A program made the translations under genes and the position numbers. Source: Cyanobacteriota bacterium (GTDB lineage Bacteria > Cyanobacteriota > Cyanobacteriia > PCC-6307 > Cyanobiaceae). Taken from it: a stretch of DNA of 64,000 nucleotides. The notes below the pieces were generated by a model. The model saw nothing but the letters and a program-made list of their open reading frames with translations. It ran no database searches and had not been told where the DNA came from. The stretch is from contig JAPLID010000065.1 of the NCBI GenBank assembly GCA_026389285.1, positions 2,310 to 66,309 on the forward strand, in the 5' to 3' direction. Below, in pieces: positions 1 through 9,322 of the stretch (position 1 is the first letter of the stretch; the number at the start of each line of letters is the position of its first letter).

Positions 1-461
1 ATCAGATGGCTGAAGCGCAAGGAGCTCAGCTTTTCGTTCCAGGCCCGCAGCGCGGCCGGCCGATTGACCACCCGCACGCCACGCCGCTCGGCGATGTCCA
101 ACAGGTGGGTGGCATAGAGGTAGGCCTCATCCACCGGCGGATCCTTGCGCATCCAGACCACCTGGAACTGCTCCAGGGGCAGACAGGCCACCTCCCCCAG
201 CTCGAACCAGGGGCTGGGCACCTGCCAGGCGCCGTCAGCGAGCTCGATCCGCCCCAGCTGTAGCGGCTGGGCCAGGGCCCAGGCACCGTGGCCGCCGCGC
301 GCCGCACCATCGCGAGGGGCCACGGCCAACAGATCGGCGGGGGTGCACACCCACACCGCCTGGCCGGCCCGCTGCACCGCCTGCATCAACGCCACGCTGG
401 AATCCTTGGCCGGATTGAGACGCGCGATCGGATCGATCACGAACAGCTGGGATGCGGTCAC
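1..461 (-). CDS. gshB: Glutathione synthetase, N-terminal part (runs off window start)
   Basis: Manual minus-strand translation from GTG at 461 gives [41 protein letters not shown], later [20 protein letters not shown]; typical GshB. Not in the ORF track because it is truncated. Confidence 0.9.
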   Translation of the reverse strand, partial: MTASQLFVIDPIARLNPAKDSSVALMQAVQRAGQAVWVCTPADLLAVAPRDGAARGGHGAWALAQPLQLGRIELADGAWQVPSPWFELGEVACLPLEQFQVVWMRKDPPVDEAYLYATHLLDIAERRGVRVVNRPAALRAWNEKLSSLRFSHL

Positions 462-542
462 AGGCAGGGGGCAGGAGGACGGGAACCCGGGCGGTCCGAG
501 CCGTCGCCCGGGCCGCAACGCTCGATCAGCGCGCAGCCATCA

Positions 543-890
543 TCAATTGCTGGGGCGGGGGCGGGGCATTTCCCTGGAGCCAGGGACTGATTGCGGTTGA
601 GCCTTGGGGCGCGGCGGAGCCTGGGAGAGCAGCAGGTCGAACTGGCCGCCGATCTCCAGGGCATGCAGTTCGTCGTAGCCGCCGACCCCACGGCCATTGA
701 TGAAGATCTGGGGGACATTGGTGCGCCCACCGGACCGCGCAACCATCACCGTGCGGTTCTGTTCGTCGCGGTCGACAAAGAATTCATTATAACCAACTCC
801 CTTGCCATCCAACAGCGCCTTGGCCTTCATGCACTCAGGCGAAAAGCGAGAGGTATAGACATCAACCTTGGCCTGCTGGGGGTGCTTCAT
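543..890 (-). CDS. grxC: Glutaredoxin 3-like protein with atypical SPEC active site
   Basis: VDVYT...AKALLDGKGV...GGRTNVPQIFINGRGVGGYDEL is a Grx fold; adjacent to gshB. Confidence 0.8.
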   Translation of the reverse strand: MKHPQQAKVDVYTSRFSPECMKAKALLDGKGVGYNEFFVDRDEQNRTVMVARSGGRTNVPQIFINGRGVGGYDELHALEIGGQFDLLLSQAPPRPKAQPQSVPGSREMPRPRPSN

Positions 891-1111
891 ATCTCACAGA
901 TAGCAGACTCGAGGGGGATAGCGGCGGTGCTTATCTGGGGCTTCTGGATGGAGGAGGATCAACGGAAGCTGTGGACGAGACTTAATCCGCCGATCCTTTC
1001 GTTTCGCGATGACCTAGCCGCGCAGCCATTGGATTGATGACTGACTCTAAGGGGCTGGCACCAAGCCGATGGCCTGTGGCGATAAGCTCCGAAATCACCC
1101 CGTCATGCTCC

Positions 1112-2195
1112 GTGCTCGACCTCACCGACTTCAAGCGCGACCTCTCCGAGCTCACTGACCGCCTGGGCCATGCCCAGGACTGTCTTTGACGTACCGGCTC
1201 TGAACGCCCGTCAGCGGGATCTCGCGCAACTGGCCTCCCAGAGCGACTTCTGGGACGACCAGAAGCAGGCCCAGGCCAGGATGCGGCAGCTCGATGAGGT
1301 CAAGGCCCAGCTGGAGCAGCTGCGGCGCTGGCAGAGCTGGGTCAACGACGGCCGCGCCACCCTGGAGCTCTACGAGCTGGAAGCCGACGAGGACCTGCTG
1401 GCCGAAGCCAACACCGGCCTGCAGTCGCTGAAAGCGGAACTGGACCGCTGGGAGCTGGAACGGCTGCTCAGTGGCCTCTACGACAAGGAGGGGGCGGTGA
1501 TCTCGATCAACGCCGGCGCCGGCGGCACCGACGCCCAGGACTGGGCCGGCATGAAGGTGACCGTGGACGAACTCTCCGAAGGGGAGGAGGCGGGCATCAA
1601 GAGCTGCACGATCGAGATCGACGGCCGCTACGCCTACGGCTATCTGCGCAACGAGAAGGGCACCCACCGGCTGGTGCGGATCTCTCCGTTCAATGCCAAC
1701 GACAAGCGCCAGACCAGCTTCGCCGGCGTGGAGGTGATGCCCAAGCTCGAAGAGGAGGTCAAGCTCAACATCCCCGAAAAGGATCTGGAGATCACCACCT
1801 CGCGTTCGGGCGGCGCCGGCGGCCAGAACGTCAACAAGGTGGAAACGGCCGTGCGCATCCTGCACGTGCCCACCGGCCTGGCGGTGCGCTGCACCCAGGA
1901 GCGCTCCCAGCTCCAGAACAAGGAGAAGGCGATGGCGCTGCTGATGGCCAAGCTGATGGTGATCGCCCAGGAACAGCGGGCCGCCGAGATCGCCGACATC
2001 CGCGGCGACATCGTCGAGGCGGCCTGGGGCAATCAGATCCGCAACTACGTGTTCCATCCGTACCAGATGGTCAAGGATCTGCGCACCCAGCACGAAACCA
2101 CCGACGTGCAGGGCGTGATGGACGGCGACCTCGACCCCTTCATCCAGTTGCTGCTGCATCAGGGGGTTGAGGTGGGAGCGGACAGCGACGCCTGA
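1112..2195 (+). CDS. prfB: Peptide chain release factor 2, programmed +1 frameshift
   Basis: GTG at 1112 reads [24 protein letters not shown], then CTT TGA C; downstream frame has [11 protein letters not shown] and GGQ motifs. Confidence 0.95.
1176..1190 (+). promoter_or_regulatory. prfB autoregulatory +1 frameshift site
   Basis: CTTTGAC at 1184-1190 with an AGGA SD-like element just upstream; canonical prfB signal. Confidence 0.9.
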
Positions 2196-2267
2196 GCGAT
2201 CACCCCCCTTCAGATGCCAGTCTGAGCGTCTCCAAGCCCTTTGCGCGGCCCAGGCAGCCACCCACCC

Positions 2268-2483
2268 ATGAGCCCGACTCCCTCCAGCCCGGGCCCCGGT
2301 CAACCGCCCGCACCAGCGGGAAGCAGCGACGGCGGGGCTGCACCCAGCTTCATCAAGCTCGCCATGCGCAACATGGTGCGCAAGGGCCGGCAGAGCCTGC
2401 TGCATTTCGGCCTCACCGCCCTGGGGCTCACCGGCTTCCTGCTGCTGATCGCCTGGCTGGGCCGTCCCAGCCTGCCCCAATGA
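2268..2483 (+). CDS. DUF3285-like small membrane protein
   Basis: PSFIKLAMRNMVRKGRQSLLHFGLT motif; position between prfB and ybeY. Confidence 0.8.
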   Translation: MSPTPSSPGPGQPPAPAGSSDGGAAPSFIKLAMRNMVRKGRQSLLHFGLTALGLTGFLLLIAWLGRPSLPQ

Positions 2484-3046
2484 CCCCCAGCCCCCCCGAA
2501 CCGGCCTCTCCCCGGACCCACACCGCCCCGGCCCTGGACCTGGACCTGGCCTTCGGCCTGGAGGCCGATCTCGAGGCAGCGCTGCTGCAGCGGGCCGGTC
2601 CCCTGGGGGATCCCCTGCAGGCCGAACCGTGCTGGCGGGAGCAACTGGTCAGCTGGCTGGAGCAGCTGGCGGACGAACTGCCGCCGCCCCTGCGGACTGG
2701 CGCCTACAGCCTGGGGCTGGAGACCTGCCGCGATACCGCCATCGCCGCACTCAACCAGGCCCGGCCGCACACGCCGGGAGCCACCGATGTGCTCGCCTTC
2801 GCCGCCCAGGACGACGGCCCGCCGCTGCCCAGCGGCGCCGGCGCTGAGGACGAACCGCTGGAGCTCGGCGACATCGTCATCTCCCTGGAAACCGCCGCTC
2901 GCCAGGCGGAGGAACACGGCCACGGACTGGAGCGCGAACTGCGATTCCTGGCCAGCCACGGCCTGCTGCACCTGCTGGGCTGGGACCATCCCGATCCGGC
3001 CAGCCTGGCCTTGATGCTGGAACGCCAGGAGCGCCTGCTGGCCTGA
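2480..3046 (+). CDS. ybeY: rRNA maturation RNase YbeY
   Basis: TDVLAF, LGDIVIS and HGLLHLLGWDH motifs. Confidence 0.92.
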   Translation: MTPSPPEPASPRTHTAPALDLDLAFGLEADLEAALLQRAGPLGDPLQAEPCWREQLVSWLEQLADELPPPLRTGAYSLGLETCRDTAIAALNQARPHTPGATDVLAFAAQDDGPPLPSGAGAEDEPLELGDIVISLETAARQAEEHGHGLERELRFLASHGLLHLLGWDHPDPASLALMLERQERLLA

Positions 3047-3091
3047 GGAAGGTTCAGCCAAGGGGTTTCTCTCCCAGGAAGGGGCGTTAAG

Positions 3092-3607
3092 GTGCGGACC
3101 CGAAGTGCTGGCGGCGGGTCGATGCTTGCTTCCGACAACCAGCCGCCGCCATTTCGGGATCTCAGTCGCGATCTCAGTGGGGATCACAGTCAGGACCTCC
3201 ATCGGCGCGGACGTCGGATGCGGGTCGGGGCCTGGAAGGTTGCCGGCGATCTCCCCGCCAGCTTTCGCTATGCCGCCCAGGGGCTGGCCTACGGCTTCGC
3301 CAGCCAGCGCAATTTCCGCATCCACGTGTTCACTGGCCTGGTGGTCTTCGGCCTGGGGGTGTGGCTGCAACTGAGCCCGGACCGGCTGGCCGTGTTGGTG
3401 CTCACCGTGGCAGCGGTACTGGTGCTGGAGCTGCTCAACACCGCCACCGAAGCCGTGGTCGACCTGGCGATCGGCCGCCAGTTCCACCCCCTGGCCCGCA
3501 TCGCCAAGGACTGCGCCGCTGCGGCGGTGCTGGTGGCGGCCCTGTCCTCGATGATGATCGCTCTGCTGCTGCTGATTCCACCGCTGCTGCAGCGTCTCGG
3601 CCTCTAG
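3092..3607 (+). CDS. dgkA: Diacylglycerol kinase family protein (start uncertain)
   Basis: SFRYAAQGL, RNFRIH, ELLNTATEAVVDL and AKDCAAAAV motifs. Confidence 0.9.
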   Translation: MRTRSAGGGSMLASDNQPPPFRDLSRDLSGDHSQDLHRRGRRMRVGAWKVAGDLPASFRYAAQGLAYGFASQRNFRIHVFTGLVVFGLGVWLQLSPDRLAVLVLTVAAVLVLELLNTATEAVVDLAIGRQFHPLARIAKDCAAAAVLVAALSSMMIALLLLIPPLLQRLGL

Positions 3608-3646
3608 GCTCCGAGCCCCGACGGCCCGCCAGCCCCGCCTTCGCCG

Positions 3647-4276
3647 ATGCTCCTGGTTCTCGACAACTACGACAGCTTCACCTTCAACCTGGTGCAGTAT
3701 CTGGGCGAGCTGGCGGTTCAGCATCCGCTGGCGGCGGCGGTGAGGGTGGAGCGCAACGACGCCCTCGGTGTCGAGCAGATTCGCGACCTCGCACCGGCGG
3801 CGATCCTGATCTCCCCCGGCCCCGGCGACCCCGACCAGGCGGGGGTTTGCCTGGAGGTGCTGCACCAGCTGGGCCCCACCGTGCCGATCCTGGGGGTTTG
3901 CCTGGGCCACCAGTGCCTGGCCCAGGTGTTCGGCGGCCGAGTGGTGCGAGCGCGGGAGCTGATGCACGGCAAGACCTCACCGGTTCATCACAGCGGCCAG
4001 GGGGTGTTCGCCGGTCTGCCGGAGCCGCTCACCGCCACCCGCTATCACAGCCTGATCGCCGAGCGCGAGAGCCTGCCTGACTGCCTGGAGATCACCGCCT
4101 GGCTGGAGGACGGCACGATCATGGGCCTGCGCCACCGGGACCATCTCCACCTGCAGGGGGTGCAGTTCCACCCCGAGAGCGTGCTCACCCAGAGCGGCCA
4201 CGCCCTGCTGGCCAATTTCCTGCGTGAGGCCACCGCCTTTCGGGCCGGGGCCGGTACAGCCCTGGCCCAGGCCTGA
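3647..4276 (+). CDS. trpG: Anthranilate/aminodeoxychorismate synthase component II
   Basis: DNYDSFT, SPGPG, GVCLGHQ, RYHSL and QFHPES motifs. Confidence 0.92.
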   Translation: MLLVLDNYDSFTFNLVQYLGELAVQHPLAAAVRVERNDALGVEQIRDLAPAAILISPGPGDPDQAGVCLEVLHQLGPTVPILGVCLGHQCLAQVFGGRVVRARELMHGKTSPVHHSGQGVFAGLPEPLTATRYHSLIAERESLPDCLEITAWLEDGTIMGLRHRDHLHLQGVQFHPESVLTQSGHALLANFLREATAFRAGAGTALAQA

Positions 4277-4358
4277 ACCAGCGCCGGCGGCGCCGGGGAT
4301 TTGGAGACCGCTGCTAACTTCGCGCCAACATCCAGCCTTCTGGGCCCGATCCGACGCC

Positions 4359-5180
4359 ATGGCCACGCCTCCCGAGCCCGTCAGAGACGCTGACCAAACG
4401 GCCCACCACCAATCTGGCCATGGCCTCCAACGCGGAGCCCCGCGGGCCGTCAGCGCCCTCCTCTCCGCAGCCCTGATCAGCGGCGGCCTGGCCCTGTCGG
4501 CAGCCCCGGCGGCCCGGGCCGGTGGCGGTGGCGGTGGCGGGGTCACGATCACCAGCCTCGGCCACAGCGCCATCGTGGTGCGTGGCGGCGGGGCCACCGT
4601 TCTGCTCAATCCCTTCAAGGCGGTGGGCTGCGCCGCCGGCCTGCCGGAACCGCGGATGGCCGCCGACGTGATCCTGGCCAGCAGCCACCTCAAGGATGAG
4701 GGCGCCGCCGTGGCCAGCGGCCGGCTGCTGGTCAAGCCGGGTTCGTACAAGGTGGCGGGCCTGAAGATCGAAGGCATCGCCGCCCCCCACGACCGGGTGG
4801 GCGGCAAACGCTTCGGCCTCTCCACCCTCTGGCGCTGGAAGCAGGGGGGCCTGGACATCGCCCATCTGGGCGGCACCACCGCAACCCTCAAGCCGGAAGG
4901 CCGGGTCCTGCGGGGCCGCCCCGATGTGTTGATCATCGGCGTCGGTGGCGGTGCCAAGGTCTACAGCGGCCAGGAGGCCGCGGCCGTGGTGCGCGAGCTG
5001 CAACCCCGCCGGGTGATCCCCGTGCAATACCGCAACGCCGGCCCTTCCGCCAGCTGCGATCTGGGCTCCATTGAGCCCTTCCTGCAGGCCATGGCCCCCG
5101 CCAAGGTGGTGCGCAGCGGCAGCTCGATCAGCGTGGTGCCTCCCCTGAGCGAGGAGACGGTGGTCCAGGTGCTGCGCTGA
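4359..5180 (+). CDS. MBL-fold metallo-hydrolase-like protein with signal peptide
   Basis: ITSLGHSA, HLGG, PDVLIIGVGG and VIPVQY motifs; hydrophobic N-terminus; start uncertain. Confidence 0.75.
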   Translation: MATPPEPVRDADQTAHHQSGHGLQRGAPRAVSALLSAALISGGLALSAAPAARAGGGGGGGVTITSLGHSAIVVRGGGATVLLNPFKAVGCAAGLPEPRMAADVILASSHLKDEGAAVASGRLLVKPGSYKVAGLKIEGIAAPHDRVGGKRFGLSTLWRWKQGGLDIAHLGGTTATLKPEGRVLRGRPDVLIIGVGGGAKVYSGQEAAAVVRELQPRRVIPVQYRNAGPSASCDLGSIEPFLQAMAPAKVVRSGSSISVVPPLSEETVVQVLR

Positions 5181-5197
5181 GGTGGGGCTGGGCGAGC

Positions 5198-6037
5198 TCA
5201 GGGCTCCTGCCTATTTTGCTGCTCCGGAGAGTAATTTTCGCTGAGGGTCTCGAAATAATCCCCATCAACGGCATGTCCCGGCGGCCCACCGAGCAGCCGG
5301 TCAGGCCCGCCGCCGCGATCCCGCAGCAGCCCAGGCAGACCTCCCAGGAGACTGAAGGCGTAGATCAGGGCCAGAAGACAGGTCTGAAACAGGCGCCGCC
5401 ACAGGGCGTCCGTGGCTGGATTGCTACGGCCCATGGCGGCGATGTCCGCGGCTGCGCTGCGTCGTTCCGCCAACGCCAGGGTTGCCAGCAGTCGACGCTT
5501 GAGTTCCGGCAGCGGCTGCCGGAGCAGTTCTGCCGGCAGCTCCGGGGCCTGCAGCGCCTGAAGGTTCCCCTGCAGGGCCGTCAGCGACGGGGCCGCCAGA
5601 ATTGCGCGACGCATCTCACGCAGCCGATTGCCGACGCCGATCCCATCCTGATGCCGGGCCTCTCGCAACCTGTGGAGCTCCCCCCAACCGACCAGCAGCT
5701 GCAGCGGCACCAGAATCAACAGCACGCCAACGAGCAGTCGCGATTCCCGGTTACGGCGGCAACGCCTGTTCAGTGGCCCATCGGCGGGATAGAGCTGACG
5801 AGCCACCTGGAGTAAACCCACGGCCAGAACCGGCAGGAAGGCCAGATCCACCTGCCGTGCTGAGACTGCCGCCAGCGCAGCCCCCAGGGAGACGTGGGGC
5901 TCGAACAAGACGGCAGCGGCCTGGACGAGATAGGCCGCGAGCAGACCATTGGCAAGCCAGACCAGCCGTCGGGCTGCTCCGATCGTCGCTGGCGGTGGAG
6001 TGTTCCTGGAGGAGTCCAGCGAAGAGGCCTGGATCAC
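5198..6037 (-). CDS. HpsJ-like membrane protein
   Basis: Three N-terminal TM segments, a helical soluble region and a C-terminal TM segment; downstream of a PEP-CTERM-type gene. Confidence 0.55.
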   Translation of the reverse strand: MIQASSLDSSRNTPPPATIGAARRLVWLANGLLAAYLVQAAAVLFEPHVSLGAALAAVSARQVDLAFLPVLAVGLLQVARQLYPADGPLNRRCRRNRESRLLVGVLLILVPLQLLVGWGELHRLREARHQDGIGVGNRLREMRRAILAAPSLTALQGNLQALQAPELPAELLRQPLPELKRRLLATLALAERRSAAADIAAMGRSNPATDALWRRLFQTCLLALIYAFSLLGGLPGLLRDRGGGPDRLLGGPPGHAVDGDYFETLSENYSPEQQNRQEP

Positions 6038-6070
6038 GACACGTTTTCTCCAAGTGTTGCAGGATCGCCT

Positions 6071-7693
6071 TCAGCCTCGGGATGGATCAGGGCTGCACCC
6101 TTCTGCTCCAGAGCGACCGTGGGAGCAGGCGATCCGCCGCCGCAGCCTGCGGCTCCAAAGGAAGGCGGAACCCGCACCCAGCACCGGCACAGGGCCCGGC
6201 ACAGACTCCAACTGCAGGGCCGCAATATAAGTGCCCCAGCTGTTGCTGGCGGGTGCATATTCACCGATTGCCCAGAAGCTACGTCCGTCGAGGGGATCGA
6301 GATTCACTGCTGAATAATCACCCCAGCGATAGCGACCCGAACCCAAGTCAAGATTGTAGGCACTGGTGTCACTACGACGCAACAGCAGGCTATCGCCATA
6401 GGCATCGAGACCACCGAGGCCATCGGTCCGAAAAGCCTGAGCCAGGAAGCTGATATTGCCAGTCACCCCACTGGCTACACCCCCAGAACGGTTGTATCCG
6501 ATCACCGCCTCACCCCAGGCATTGACCGCAATGGAAGGCTGAAAATAATCAAAACCATCACCGCCGATCAGCCCCGTTTCGATCATGGCGCCGCTGGCGG
6601 CATTGAGCACAAACCACTGCAAGGCGCTGGAAGTCCCAGCCGTGCCAGTGGGGTTGTCAGGGGTGACTGTACGCACCCCATAGAGCTTGCCATTGGCCTG
6701 ATAAACGTTGGCGCTCAAACGCGTATCGAGGGTATCGATCACCTGAGTACCATTGGGCTGGCGGGCCTTAGCATTGCTGAGGAGCTGCGTGGAGTAGGTC
6801 ACAGCGTCATTCTGAATGCTCTGCACTGTGGGTGTCGCGGTGCCCACCCCGCTAATAACAGCCCTGCCAATCGAAGAAGCAGCTGGGCTTGTACGGTCCG
6901 TGAAAAGAATGTTCGCGGTGGCACCAGGGTTCCCCTGCCAGTTGACAGCACCCTGAAAAGTGGAGGTGGCCCCGCCATCGAAAATCGTCCCATTCACGAC
7001 CGGCACGCTGGCGAAGAGATCCGACTTGGACAACACAATCAAGGACGACCCCGTAAAACCACCTGAACCGTTAAAATTATTGGTGCCAATATAAACACCT
7101 TTCTCGTCGATGCCCAGGGTCGGATAATCAGCCGTATTGCCATCAGCCAGCACATTGAGGTTGACCCCCTTCCAGGTACCGAGGGCATTGGCAGTGCTGG
7201 AAACAGCGATATTGATCGTGTTGCGGGTGGCGCCAAAACCGATGACGATCCAACGATTGGTGTAATGGTCAAACAACACACGCTGATCGCCGCCGCTGCC
7301 GGTGAGATTTGGGCTCACCGCCGACCAGAAACTCCCCAGGTTCTGGCGGTTGACCAGGCTGCCGTTGCTGCGGTCGTAGACGCTGATGCTGCCATTGCTG
7401 GTCTCCAGGAACTGGCTCAGGCCGATGGCCCCCATCGTGTCCGGCGGAATGCGCAGCACACCAGCGTTCAGCGCCGCGTCAGCGTTGATCGTCGTGCCTT
7501 GGAAGCCCAGGGAACTCTTCAGGCCAGCGGCCTGCCCGGCAAGGGGTAAAAGCAGAGCGCTCGCCAGAGCGAGGCCCAGTCCGATCCACGGCGCCCGGCT
7601 GTTTGCCCCCGCTCGCCCACTGACAGCCCTGAATGGGGGCGACGCCACCGCAACTGTCGGCGCGGCTGTAGTCCGTGGGTGCTGCTTCCGCAT
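6071..7693 (-). CDS. Extracellular protein with cyanobacterial PEP-CTERM-type sorting tail
   Basis: Signal peptide; PPDTMGAIG, DYPTLG and RWGDYS motifs; C-terminal VPGPVPVLGAGSAFLWSRRLRRR. Confidence 0.8.
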   Translation of the reverse strand: MRKQHPRTTAAPTVAVASPPFRAVSGRAGANSRAPWIGLGLALASALLLPLAGQAAGLKSSLGFQGTTINADAALNAGVLRIPPDTMGAIGLSQFLETSNGSISVYDRSNGSLVNRQNLGSFWSAVSPNLTGSGGDQRVLFDHYTNRWIVIGFGATRNTINIAVSSTANALGTWKGVNLNVLADGNTADYPTLGIDEKGVYIGTNNFNGSGGFTGSSLIVLSKSDLFASVPVVNGTIFDGGATSTFQGAVNWQGNPGATANILFTDRTSPAASSIGRAVISGVGTATPTVQSIQNDAVTYSTQLLSNAKARQPNGTQVIDTLDTRLSANVYQANGKLYGVRTVTPDNPTGTAGTSSALQWFVLNAASGAMIETGLIGGDGFDYFQPSIAVNAWGEAVIGYNRSGGVASGVTGNISFLAQAFRTDGLGGLDAYGDSLLLRRSDTSAYNLDLGSGRYRWGDYSAVNLDPLDGRSFWAIGEYAPASNSWGTYIAALQLESVPGPVPVLGAGSAFLWSRRLRRRIACSHGRSGAEGCSPDPSRG

Positions 7694-7985
7694 GTCCAGA
7701 GAGACAGAAAAGGGAGAAAGGCGATCCTCGAACTGATTCCAGTCACCGCCGCAAGCTTGGCAGGGTTGGGGCGGATTCGGATTTGAGAAGCCAGACCACA
7801 CCGAGTCGATCTTTTTTACGGCAGACCCTACTGCTGGCCAGCCAAGGGGACTTCTTCGCTTGTCCAAGCGGAAAGGCCCGGGTCAGCACCGACAAGAACA
7901 GATCCCAGAAGAACACCAGACGGGGCACGCCTGGTCTCACTCAGGCTGCTCCCCCGGACCTTGCCGGCGGCGGGTAAACGTCGGA

Positions 7986-9209
7986 TCAGGAGCTACCATC
8001 CCCCACCTTCTCGATGACCTGGTACGCCCGCCAGAACCGCTGCATCTGCTCGGTGGTGCCCAGGCTCAGCCGCAAGCTCCCATCAATCAGCGGCTTGCCA
8101 GCCATCGAGCGCACCAGGATGCCGGCCTCATCGCGCAGACGGGCCTCTACCAGCGCCGGATCGGTCTTGGGCCAGATCAACAGGTAGTTGCCGCCCGCTA
8201 GGTGATGACGCACACCAGCGGCCTGCAGCTGCTCCGCCAGCCAGTCGCGGGCGCGCAGCACCTCGGCCACGTAGCCATCCACATAGGCCTGATCCTCCAG
8301 GGCGGCGAAGGCGGCGGTCACCGCGAAGCTATTGATGTCGTAGGGGCCGGTGACCCGGCTGATCCGATCCACCAGCTCCGGCGAGCCGATGGCGAAGCCG
8401 ATCCGCAGCCCCGCCAGGCCGGCGGTCTTGGCCAACGAGCGCAGCACCAGCAGATTGGGGACAGCGGCGAAGGGATCAGCGGCGAAGTGATCAGTGGCGC
8501 CAGCCGCCCTGGCCCGCTCAGCGAGCACTGGCAGCACGCTGTCACCGGTGAAGGCCTCATAGAGCTCATCCACCACCACCAGCGTCCTGGGTGCCGCGGC
8601 GGCCAGCGCCAGCACCTGCTCGGCTGCCAGGCGGGTGCCGGTGGGGTTGTTGGGGTTGCAGAGCAGCAGCAGCTTCGGCGGCTGGGGCGCGGCCAGGGCG
8701 GCCTGGATCGCCGCCAACGGGAAGCCGAAACCGGGCATCCCATAGGGAATCGCCTCGATCGTCATGCCCTGCATGCGGGCGCAGGGGTCGTAGTAGCCGA
8801 AGGTGGGACTGGTGGTCAGCAGCCGATCGCCCCGATCGCCATAGGCGTGGAACACCGCATGGATCGCGGCATCAACGCCGTTGAACAGACCGATGTGATC
8901 GGCCGTGAGGCCAGGGAACCCCCTGGATTCACCAGCGCCTGCGGTCGCCGCCAAGGCCGCGACCACGGCCTCGCGCAGTCCCTCGTATTCGGGATAGACG
9001 GCGTACTGCTCCGCCGGAATCGCCCGGATCGCCTCCACCACCCTGGGGCTCGGCCCCACGGTGTTCTCGTTGAAATCCAGCCGCAGCAAGCCGCGCCGCC
9101 CTTCCAGCGGAGCGCTGTAGGCGCGGAGGCTTTCCACCTCAGGGCGGGCCGGCGGGCCTCCGTCCAAGTTGGCCAAACCAGGGACTTGGTCGTGGAGCGA
9201 GGCGGTCAA
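7986..9209 (-). CDS. hisC: Histidinol-phosphate aminotransferase family PLP enzyme
   Basis: LDFNEN, CNPNNPTG, VVDELY and RSLAKTAGLAGLRIG motifs; a CobD-like function is not excluded. Confidence 0.75.
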   Translation of the reverse strand: MTASLHDQVPGLANLDGGPPARPEVESLRAYSAPLEGRRGLLRLDFNENTVGPSPRVVEAIRAIPAEQYAVYPEYEGLREAVVAALAATAGAGESRGFPGLTADHIGLFNGVDAAIHAVFHAYGDRGDRLLTTSPTFGYYDPCARMQGMTIEAIPYGMPGFGFPLAAIQAALAAPQPPKLLLLCNPNNPTGTRLAAEQVLALAAAAPRTLVVVDELYEAFTGDSVLPVLAERARAAGATDHFAADPFAAVPNLLVLRSLAKTAGLAGLRIGFAIGSPELVDRISRVTGPYDINSFAVTAAFAALEDQAYVDGYVAEVLRARDWLAEQLQAAGVRHHLAGGNYLLIWPKTDPALVEARLRDEAGILVRSMAGKPLIDGSLRLSLGTTEQMQRFWRAYQVIEKVGDGSS

Positions 9210-9322
9210 GGCCAGCCTGAAACAACGGATGGATGCAGGCTAGACACAGCCCTGGCCCCACCAACCGCAGCGCAGCGGGTCTTGTTGAAGCCGCCCCCGT
9301 CACCCCCGATCAGCTCGCCCCC

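Noticed and set aside
1184-1190. In-frame stop in prfB suggesting a pseudogene
   Set aside because: It is the canonical programmed +1 frameshift (CTT TGA C).
3155-3202. 12-bp degenerate repeat (RDLS RDLS GDHS QDLH) at the dgkA N-terminus, and a similar pentapeptide run near 49760-49805
   Set aside because: Short low-complexity expansions in variable termini, with no evidence of function.
1152-3967. Long antisense ORFs (442 and 555 aa), and similar ones at 8202-9455, 25116-26489, 28587-30071, 48031-49692, 51076-52785 and 58224-59621
   Set aside because: Shadow frames opposite well-supported genes, expected from high-GC codon bias.
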